Shown here one piece after another: positions 56,171 to 64,000 of a stretch of 64,000 nucleotides of DNA; the stretch's first letter is position 1; every line of letters begins with the position of its first letter. The notes beneath the pieces were generated by a model. The model was not told where the DNA came from, ran no database searches, and was given only the letters and a program-made list of their open reading frames with translations. The translations under genes and the position numbers were made by a program. The DNA lies in contig CAVXLT010000005.1 of assembly GCA_963762715.1 (NCBI GenBank), positions 148,020 through 212,019 of the forward strand, read 5' to 3'. This stretch comes from an uncultured Thermoleophilia bacterium. GTDB taxonomy: Bacteria > Actinomycetota > Thermoleophilia > Gaiellales > Gaiellaceae.

Positions 56171-56904
56171 CAGCGTGCCTCCCCGCGACCGGCGACCGAG
56201 CCGCCGTTCGGGGCGACGAGGCTCCACGCGAGCCACCAGCAGCCGGCGAGCATCAGCAAGCCGTGCGCGATGCGGATCGACTGCGGCCCGGTGAACTGCG
56301 GGATGTAGAGCGCCAGCCCGGCCGCCAGCGGCACGCCCGCCCAGCGGTTGATCGATCCCGAGCGCCACACGCGCCGTCGCGAGCACGATCGCGCCCACGG
56401 CGAGGAGCAGCAGGCCGAGGACGATGAACCAGATGCCGACGTCCCAGCGGATGGCATGCGTCAGCGGGTCGACGAGCCCGGGCTGGTTGTGGTCGACCGC
56501 CCGCGCGCCGACCGCGTGCAGCCCGAACACCTCCGCCCCGTAGTAGGGAAGCGTCAGCCCGACGCCGATCCAGGTGAGCACGAGAGCAAGCCGCGCGCGG
56601 CCCTCGCGTCGCGGCGCCGCGCAGCCGGACGTGCATGCCGAGCGCTCCGAGCGCGAGCAGGATGAATCCGAGGATCCCGAGCGTGTGCGCGACGATCCAC
56701 GACGAGGAGCGCGAACGCCCGCGCCCCGTCCGAGCCGACCTCGCTCGAGAACGGCCGGATCGCGGGGTAAAGCACGAAGAAGAGCCCCGCGAGGGCGAAA
56801 GCCGTCGCGAAGCCGGCGACGTTCGCGTCGACCCGAGTGCCGACGCGCGGTCCGGCGGCTTGCTCGACCCGCCCGGCGCGCTTGGATTGCAACGTTTCGG
56901 TCAT
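56170..56904 (-). pseudogene. membrane protein, unknown function, several apparent frameshifts
   Basis: MTETLQSKRAG...FATAFALAGLFFVLYPAIRPF; ...LTWIGVGLTLPYYGAEVFGLHAVG...; ...INRWAGVPLAAGLALYIPQF... fall in three frames. Confidence 0.5.
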
Positions 56905-57037
56905 CGGCGCCTCCCTTGTCTCGATTTGGCGGTCCCCGGCGTAAGAGACCGATGCGGTCCGCGCGAGGGACGAGCGAGGTGGGACGACTGCCGGGGTCAC
57001 TGTATCGCACCACGAACTTCGGCGCGAACCCACCACG

Positions 57038-57147
57038 CTAGTAACAGACTGTTACAAACGAATGGGCGCGGTCGAACACGGCCGCCACCCCTTCGTTGCA
57101 GACGTTTTCGGCGCTTCGACCGCCGCTTGTAACAGTCTGTTACTAGC
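57038..57147. mobile_element. MITE-like family-C unit (110 bp) with 22-bp terminal inverted repeats
   Basis: CTAGTAACAGACTGTTACAAAC ... GCTTGTAACAGTCTGTTACTAGC flank about 65 bp. Same architecture as the last unit of the 44162-44581 array. No coding capacity. Confidence 0.6.
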
Positions 57148-57169
57148 TGCTCTGCGGTCGCGGACTGCG

Positions 57170-58725
57170 CTACGGGCCCGTCGCGTGCACCCGCACCGAG
57201 ACGGGCAGCGAGATCCTCGCCGCGTAGGCGGCGTCGCCCGGCACGCTGACGCGATAGCTGCCCGGGCGCACGCGGCCGTCGAAGCTGCCCGTGGAGGTGG
57301 CGACCGGACGCCAGTGCGCGTGCGTCAGCCGCTCCACCCGCAGCGGCAGGCGCGGGCTGACGAGCGCCCGCAACTTCGCGCCGACCGCGCGCACCTTGAC
57401 GCGCGGGACGACGCGCAGCGAAACCGGCGTGCCGGCGACGTCGTTGTAGGCGACCCGTAGCTCGGTGGAGCGCGACGCCTTGACGCTGACCGCGAACGTG
57501 CCGCGCGGCGTCACATGGAGGTCGCGCAGCCTGTGCCACCCCGACGCCGTCTGCTCCTCGAGCCGGGCGCGGCCGAGGCCGCGCACGAACCCGGTCACCC
57601 TCACATTCGCTCCGTACTCGGAGCGGCCGCGGATCGGATCGAGCCCGAGCGCGTGCACGTCGAAGTCCGTCGAGCCGAGGTCGAAGCGCTCCTGCACCGT
57701 CTGCGCCGGGAACGTGCGCCAGCCGCCCGCGATGCGCACGCGCACCGCCTTCGCCCGCTGCGAGGAGTTCTCGACCACGCGCACGTCGCGCACGCCGCTC
57801 ACCCCGAGCACCCGCCCGACCTGCTCGGGCGTCAGCACGCGCGTCGGCCAGACGTGGTGGGGCGAGATGTAGTCGTACGGATCCGCGACCGAGACGAGGT
57901 AGGGAACCTGGTGCGCCGTCGGGAACGCGTCGTGCACCGACGAGGTCCAGTCCGCCCGACGACGAGAAGTACATCGCCTCGGCGATCCGGTCGCGCCAGA
58001 CGAGCACCTGCCCTGCGGTCGCGCCGAGTGCCGCGCTCGTGTCGGGCCGCTCCGCGGCGATGCCGCCGTACACCTGCGAGCGCTCGTCGGCGTACAGGTC
58101 GAAGTCGGGGCCGGGATGGAGCCGCGCGAGCGTGTACGAGCGCGACGCCACCGCCTGCGCCTCGTAGGCGGCGGTGTGCCAGCCGACCGGCGCCTCCGAC
58201 GGGCACGACACCGCGCAGGTAGCGGTCGAGCGGCAGCTCGTTCACCACCTCCAGGCCGTCCGGCTTCGCCCGCACCCACACGTCGCCGCGGTAGCCCGCG
58301 AACGAGACCTGCAACGGCTGCGCGCCGGGCTCGAAATGCAGTGGCGGCGTCAGCGCACGCCGGCGCAGCCGGAGGCGCCGGTCGACGACCACCGACCGCG
58401 CCGGCAGATGCAGCTTGCGGCCGCGCGCGTCGACGACGAGGAACGGCGCCGCCGAGCCGATCCGCACCCGCTCCTGCCCCTCGGCGAGCAGCACGCGCAC
58501 CGGCCGGTCGGGCGCGATCCCGATGTGCGTGCCCGGGTAGTAGTGGGCGAGGATCCGGCGGTAGCCGAACCCGTGGCGCGCATAGCCCTCCGCGCCCCAC
58601 TGGCTCATGCCGACCCCGTGACCCCAGCCGCGCCCGTCGAGCAGGTAGACGGTGCCCGCCCGCGCCACCGCCGCCGGCAGCACGAGCACGAGCGCGGCGA
58701 TCGCTGCAGCGGCCCAGACCCTCAT
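57170..58725 (-). pseudogene. SpoIID/LytB-domain protein (secreted), 2 apparent frameshifts (~58205, ~57955)
   Basis: Signal peptide, then GWGHGVGMSQWGA, YLRGVVP | SE.P..W..AAYEAQAVASRSY, YFSSSGG | T...V, PYLVSVADPYD, in three frames. Confidence 0.75.
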
Positions 58726-58755
58726 CGCGAGGGCGAAAGGGTAGCGTCGAGCGCC

Positions 58756-59953
58756 ATGCGTGGCCTGCTCCTGCTCACGAGCGCGGTCGTCCTCGTCGAC
58801 ACGATCTTCTTCGCGGCGCTGACGCCGCTGCTCCCCACTTCGCGCACACGCTCCACCTCGGCAAGTCGGGCGCCGGCGTGCTCACCGCCGCGTACCCTGC
58901 CGGCACGCTCCTCGGCGCCATCCCGAGCGGGATCGTCGCCGCCCGGCTCGGCGTGAAACCGACCGTGCTCGTCGGCGTCGCGCGCGGTCGGTGTCTGCAC
59001 CCTGCTCTTCGGTCTCGCCGACTCGGCCTGGCAGCTCGACCTCGCCCGCTTCCTGCAGGGGCTCGGCAGCTCGTTCTCGTGGACCGGCGCCCTCGCCTGG
59101 CTCGTCGCGGCGACCCCGCCGGAGCGGCGAGGCGCGATGATCGGCACCGCGTTCGCCGCCGCCGTCGGCGGGTCGCTGCTCGGACCGGTCGTCGGCGCCG
59201 TCGCCTCGGTCGCGGGGATCGCACCGACGTTCGGCGGCATCGCCGCGCTCTCGCTCGTGCTCGCCGTCTGGGCCGGGCTGCACCCCGGCGAAGCGCCCCG
59301 AGCAGCCGCAGTCGCCGCGGGTGCTCGTGGACGCGTTCCGCGACCGGCGCATCCGCTTCGGCGTCTGGTTCGTCGCCCTGCCGGCGCTCGCGTTCGGCAC
59401 GCTGTCGGTGCTCGCACCGCTGCGCCTCTCGGCGCTCGGCCTCGGCGCGGCGGCGATCGGCGGCGTCTTCCTCTGCGCCGCCGCGCTCGAATCCGCCGGC
59501 AACGTGCTGCTGGGACGCATCTCGGATCGCGTCGGCCCCGTCGTCCCGCTGCTCGGCGGCCTCGTCGCCTCGGCGATCGTGGCGGCGCTCCTGCCCTGGC
59601 CGCGCGAGCGGTTCGTGCTCGCGGCGCTCGTGGTCGCGACCGTGCTCGCGTTCGGTGCGTTCTTCACGCCCGGCATGACCCTCCTGAGCCGGCTCGGCGA
59701 GCAGCGCGGGCTCGACTTCGGCTACGCCTTCGCCCTGATCAACCTCGCCTGGGCGCCGGGCCAGACGGTCGGCGCGGCGGGCGGCGGCGCGATCGCGCAG
59801 GCGACGGGGGACGCGGTGCCCTACCTCCTCCTCGCCGGGGCGTGTGCGCTTACGCTTGCGGCGCTGTGGAGACGCCGAGACTCGATCGGATCGACGACAA
59901 GGTCGGCGGAGCCGTCGAGCGGCTCGTCCTCGCCCACCACCACCGCCGCCTGA
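58756..59953 (+). pseudogene. MFS transporter, about 3 apparent frameshifts (~58835, ~58975, ~59298)
   Basis: Hydrophobic MFS-like segments continue across four reading-frame pieces (LLLLTSAVVLVDTIFFAALTPLLP | HFAHTLHLGKSGAGVL... | ...FLQGLGSSFSW... | ...VWFVALPALAFG...). Confidence 0.65.
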
Positions 59954-61249
59954 GCAGGCACGGCTGGGCGCACGCCTACGACCCGCCCGACGACACCCTC
60001 TGGTGCGCCGGCGACGCCGCCGCCGCGCGAGGGCAACGCGCTCGAGATCCTCGTCGACGGCTCCGAGGCGCTGCCGCGGCTCGAGCAGGACATCGCCGCC
60101 GCCGAGCACTCGGTGCTGCTCGCCGGCTGGCACTTCCAGCCCGACTTCCGCCTCTCGCGCGGCGGCCCGACGCTCCGCGAACTGCTCGCCGGCACGGCCG
60201 AGCGGGCCGACGTGCGCGTGCTCGCCTGGGCCGGAGCGCCGCTGCCGCTCTTCACGCCCGCCCGCGGCCGGGTGCGTGCCGAGCGCGAGACGCTCATACG
60301 CGGCACGAAGATCCGCATGGCGCTCGACGCGAAGGAGCGCCCGATGCACTGCCACCACGAGAAGCTCGCGGTGATCGACGGCCGCATCGCCTACGTCGGC
60401 GGCATCGACCTGACCGCCCTCGCCGGCGACCGGCTCGACACGCCGGAGCATCCCGCGCGCGGCGCGATCGGCTGGCACGACGCCTCGAGCCGCGCCGAGG
60501 GGCCGCTCGTCGACGACGTCGCCGCGCACTTCGCGTTCCGCTGGCGCGCCGTCACCGGCGAGCAGCTCGAGCTCCCCGACGTCCCGCAGCCGCGCGCCGG
60601 CGAGGTGACGGCCCAGTTCGTGCGCACGATCCCGGATCACATGTACGACGCGCTGCCCGACGGCGACTTCCGCATCCTCGAGGCGTACATCCGCGCGCTC
60701 CGCTCCGCGCAGCGGCTCGTCTACCTCGAGAGCCAGTTCCTCTGGTCGGAGACGCTCGTCGGGATCCTGGCGGAGAAGCTGCGTCACCCGCCGAGCGACG
60801 AGTTCCACGTCGTCCTGCTGCTGCCGGCGAAGCCGAACAACGGCGCCGACGACACCCGCGGGCAGCTCGGCGTGCTCGTCGCCGCCGACCGCCATCGGCG
60901 GCTGCAGGCCGCGACCCTCTACCAGCCCGGCCGCGCCGAGCAGGTGTACGTGCACGCGAAGGTCTCGATCGTCGACGACCGCTGGCTCGCGATCGGCTCC
61001 GCGAACCTGAACGAGCACTCGTTCCTGAACGACACCGAGGCGTGCGTGATCAGCTGCGACGAGGAGCTTGCCCGGACGACACGCGAGCGCCTCTGGCGGG
61101 AGCATCTGCGGGCCGACGAGGTGAGCGTGGAGCTGTGGAAGGAGCGCGTCGACGACGACGCCTACGAGCGGCTCGCGCTGCTGCCGCACGTCTCGCGCCG
61201 CGCGCGCCGCTTCCTCGGCCCGTTCAACGACCTGATCGTCGATGGCTGA
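59868..61249 (+). pseudogene. phospholipase D-superfamily protein (two HKD motifs), apparent frameshift ~60015; start uncertain
   Basis: HCHHEKLAVIDGRIAYVGGIDL and YVHAKVSIVDDRWLAIGSANLN. The N-terminal piece (…GNALEILVDGSEALPRLEQDI...) joins from another frame. Confidence 0.7.
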
Positions 61250-62852
61250 CGTGCGCAGGGTGCTGGTCGCGAACCGCGGCGAGATCGCGCTGCGCGTCTT
61301 TCGAGCCGCCCGTGCGCTCGGCCTCGGCACCGTCGCCGTGGTCGCGCCCGACGACCGGGGCTCGCTGCACGCACGCTCGGCCGACGAGCTGGTGGAGATC
61401 TCCTCGTACCTCGACGGCGCCGAGCACGTCCGCGCCGCCCACGAGGCGGACGCCGACGCGGTGCACCCGGGCTACGGCTTCCTCGCCGAGAGCGCCGACT
61501 TCGCCGAGCAGGTCCTCGCCGCCGGCCTGACGTGGATCGGGCCTCCGCCCGAGGCGTTGCGCGCCGGCGGCGACAAGCTCGCGGCCAAGCGGCTGGCGGG
61601 CGAGGCCGGGGTGCCGACGATCCCCGAAGCGACGGAGCCGCCGCTGATCGTGAAGGCGGCGGCCGGCGGCGGCGGGCGCGGCATGCGCGTCGTGCGCACG
61701 GCGACGGAGCTCGACGAGGCGCTCGCAGCCGCGCGGCGCGAGGCTGCCGCGGCGTTCGGCGACGACCGCGTGTACCTCGAGCGCTACGTCGAGCGCCCGC
61801 GGCACGTGGAGATCCAGCTGCTGGCCGACTCGCACGGCACCGTGCTCGCGCTCGGCGAGCGCGACTGCTCGGTGCAGCGCCGCCACCAGAAGGTGCTCGA
61901 GGAGTCGCCCTCCCCCGCCCTCGACGCCGACCTGCGCGCCCGCATCGGCGACGCGGCCGTCCGCTTCGCCCGCGCGATCGGCTACGTGGGCGCCGGCACC
62001 GCCGAGTTCATGCTCGACGGCCGGGAGTTCTTCTTCCTCGAGTTGAACGGCCGCATCCAGGTAGAGCACCCGGTGACCGAGGCGGTGACAGGGCTCGACC
62101 TCGTCCAGTGGCAGCTGCGGATCGCGCGCGGGGAGCGGCTCGAACCGGGCCTCGCCGGGCCGTTGCAGGGCCACGCAGTCGAGGTGCGCCTCTACGCCGA
62201 GGATCCACGGACGTTCCTGCCGCAGGCGGGCCGCCTCGAGACGCTGCGCCTGCCGGCGTCGGTGCGCGTCGACACCGGTGTCGCCGAGGGCGACGAGGTG
62301 GGCACCGGCTACGACCCGCTGATCGCGAAGCTGATCGCGAGCGGCGCGACGCGCGACGAGGCGCTCGACCGGCTCGCCGCGGCGCTCGCCGAGACCGAGG
62401 TGCGCGGCGTCACCACCAACCTGCCGTTCCTCCGCTGGCTCGTCGCCCACCCGGCGCTGCGCGCCGGCGAGGCGACGACGGCGTTCCTCGTCGAGTACCC
62501 GCCGCTCTCGGCGCCGCCTGCCCGGCTTCCTGACGCGGTCTGGCGGGGCGGCTTCCGGCTCAACCTGCCCGCGGCGCCGCCCGCGGCTCCCCCGGACGTC
62601 GACGCGGCGGCGCACGAGCACGGCCCCGGCGAGGAGTCGAGCGCGCTCGTCGCGCCGATGCCGGGGACGGTGATCAAGGTGCTGGTGGAGCCGGGGTCGA
62701 CGGTCGCCGCACGCGACCCGCTGCTCGTGCTCGAGGCGATGAAGATGGAGACGCCGCTCCTCTCCCCCTACGACGCCACGGTGCGCGCGGTGCACGTCGA
62801 GGAGGGCGACCGGGTGGCCGGGGGCACCCTCCTCGTCGAGCTCGACGACTAG
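61242..62852 (+). CDS. acyl-CoA carboxylase alpha subunit (biotin carboxylase plus biotinyl domain)
   Basis: VLVANRGEIALRV, GYGFLAE, KAAAGGGGRGMRVV, ELNGRIQVEHPVTE and a C-terminal EAMKME biotinylation motif. Confidence 0.9.
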   Translation: MADVRRVLVANRGEIALRVFRAARALGLGTVAVVAPDDRGSLHARSADELVEISSYLDGAEHVRAAHEADADAVHPGYGFLAESADFAEQVLAAGLTWIGPPPEALRAGGDKLAAKRLAGEAGVPTIPEATEPPLIVKAAAGGGGRGMRVVRTATELDEALAAARREAAAAFGDDRVYLERYVERPRHVEIQLLADSHGTVLALGERDCSVQRRHQKVLEESPSPALDADLRARIGDAAVRFARAIGYVGAGTAEFMLDGREFFFLELNGRIQVEHPVTEAVTGLDLVQWQLRIARGERLEPGLAGPLQGHAVEVRLYAEDPRTFLPQAGRLETLRLPASVRVDTGVAEGDEVGTGYDPLIAKLIASGATRDEALDRLAAALAETEVRGVTTNLPFLRWLVAHPALRAGEATTAFLVEYPPLSAPPARLPDAVWRGGFRLNLPAAPPAAPPDVDAAAHEHGPGEESSALVAPMPGTVIKVLVEPGSTVAARDPLLVLEAMKMETPLLSPYDATVRAVHVEEGDRVAGGTLLVELDD

Positions 62853-62860
62853 CGGATCTC

Positions 62861-63163
62861 CTAGAAGATCTTCTGGAGCTTCATGGCCGCGCCCATGTCG
62901 CCCTTGATCTTCAGCTTGCCGGTCATGTAGGCGGTCGTCGGGTTCTGCTCCCCGGCGACGATCTTGTCGAACGTCTCGCTCGAGGTGGTGATCGTCGCGT
63001 CTGCGTCGCCTTCCCCCTCGGAGACGTCGATCTTGCCGTCGGCGACCGTGACCAGCCACTTCCCCTCTTCCTCGATGTCGAAGAGGTAGGAGTTGTTCAT
63101 GCCGGCGAGCTTCGACTCGTCGGCGCGCGACTCGAGGCTGTCGAAGAAGTCCTTGGCTGCCAC
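62861..63163 (-). CDS. SCP2 sterol-binding-domain protein
   Basis: 100 aa. ...AYMTGKLKIKGDMGAAMKLQKIF is a typical SCP2 C-terminus. Confidence 0.8.
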   Translation of the reverse strand: MAAKDFFDSLESRADESKLAGMNNSYLFDIEEEGKWLVTVADGKIDVSEGEGDADATITTSSETFDKIVAGEQNPTTAYMTGKLKIKGDMGAAMKLQKIF

Positions 63164-63213
63164 CGCTCGGTGCTCCTTTTTCGTCGATTGCGCGTACGTG
63201 CGACCGCAACCTA

Positions 63214-63423
63214 CTACGCAGTCGCGGGGCGTGGCAGGTGGCGCTCGATCAGAAGCGCCGAGAGGCGGCTCTGCGCGGCCGTCAGCCGCCGGCGGTTCTC
63301 CTCCAGGGTCGCCGCGTCGGCGCCGGCCGCGCGCAAGTCCTGGCGCTCACCGACGATCCGGGCGATTTCGTCGCTCAGGCTCTCGACCGTCTGCCGCATC
63401 ATCGACGTGTCGTTGCTGCCCAT
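63214..63423 (-). CDS. small hypothetical coiled-coil protein
   Basis: 69-aa GC3-biased ORF. No motif recognised. Confidence 0.4.
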   Translation of the reverse strand: MGSNDTSMMRQTVESLSDEIARIVGERQDLRAAGADAATLEENRRRLTAAQSRLSALLIERHLPRPATA

Positions 63424-63485
63424 CGGATCTCCGAGGAAGAAGCTTCGGCACGTCGGCCCCGATTCCTCGGCTAGAGTCGCCTTTC

Positions 63486-64000
63486 GTGCGGGTGGAGACC
63501 AGGCCCCCGGCGCCCGACGACGTCACGGCGCGACTCGACCTCGAGCTGCAGCCCGGCGAGGTCGTCCGCGCCGACTCGGAGATCCGCGTCGGCGCCCCGA
63601 AGCTTCCGGGGGACGACGGCCTGCGCACGGCCGCCGCCCACGCTGCCCGCACGCTGCGGAGCCGCGGCGGCACGATCGCCTGGCGGGCCGAGCGGGCCGA
63701 GGAGGTGCGCGCGGTCGTCGAGGGGACCGGCTACGGCGCCTACGACCCGGGGCTCTTCAAGCGGGGCTACGCAGAGCGGCCCGAGCTGACGCTCGCGCTC
63801 GACGCGCCCGAGGAGCTGCAGGAGCACGCGCACCGTGCGGCGCTCGTGATGCGGCACCTCGACGCGGCGCGCGACCTCGCGAACCGCCCCGCCAACGACC
63901 TGACACCCGAGGCGCTCGCCGAGCATGCGCACGCCCTCGCCGGCGGCGCGCTGACGGTGGAGGCGCACGGGCGCGACTGGATCGAGTCGCAGGGCATGGG
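63486..64000 (+). CDS. leucyl aminopeptidase (M17), N-terminal part; 3' end outside window
   Basis: Absent from the ORF track because no stop lies within the window. Frame from GTG 63486 reads ...AARDLANRPANDLTPEALAEHA...LTVEAHGRDWIESQGMG, typical of the PepA N-domain/linker. Confidence 0.7.
   Translation, partial: MRVETRPPAPDDVTARLDLELQPGEVVRADSEIRVGAPKLPGDDGLRTAAAHAARTLRSRGGTIAWRAERAEEVRAVVEGTGYGAYDPGLFKRGYAERPELTLALDAPEELQEHAHRAALVMRHLDAARDLANRPANDLTPEALAEHAHALAGGALTVEAHGRDWIESQGM

Overview
Very GC-rich bacterial chromosome segment with strong GC3 bias. Gene content looks actinobacterial: a VKOR-DsbA pair, a WhiG/FliA-type sigma factor, an OmpR/HK pair, SpoIID, and many 4-nt GTGA/ATGA start-stop overlaps. 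About 75 protein genes and 2 tRNAs (Gly-GCC, Trp-CCA); no rRNA, CRISPR array, prophage or recognisable transposase. Functional blocks: a GABA/putrescine-type block (gabT, potABCD-like transporter, aminobutyraldehyde dehydrogenase-like gene); two paralogous cassettes of membrane anchor, ApbE and ferric-reductase-like protein, one extended by NuoF-like and ferredoxin genes under a two-component system; an orphan hypF with a nickel transporter; a radical-SAM gene pair; a DsbA-VKOR pair; and a leucine-catabolism-type carboxylase/hydratase set split by an insert. Main second-look items: (1) Two thioredoxin-fold genes, one DsbA/FrnE-like and one iodothyronine-deiodinase-like, carry an in-frame TGA exactly at the catalytic Cys/Sec position. 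Each TGA is followed by a SECIS-like hairpin with an AGGU loop, which suggests selenocysteine decoding that ORF callers miss. (2) Three families of intergenic tandem repeats are built around odd-centred palindromes (GGTGTC-N-GACACC, GGTGACTGGCACC, GTAACAG-A-CTGTTAC), including MITE-like units; a separate 170-bp palindromic element is also present. (3) Single-base frameshifts are strikingly clustered (about 16 in one 1.4-kb aldehyde dehydrogenase gene) while neighbouring genes are intact. (4) Several genes or pairings have no obvious assigned function. All calls come from reading the sequence and ORF track by eye; no database search was run.
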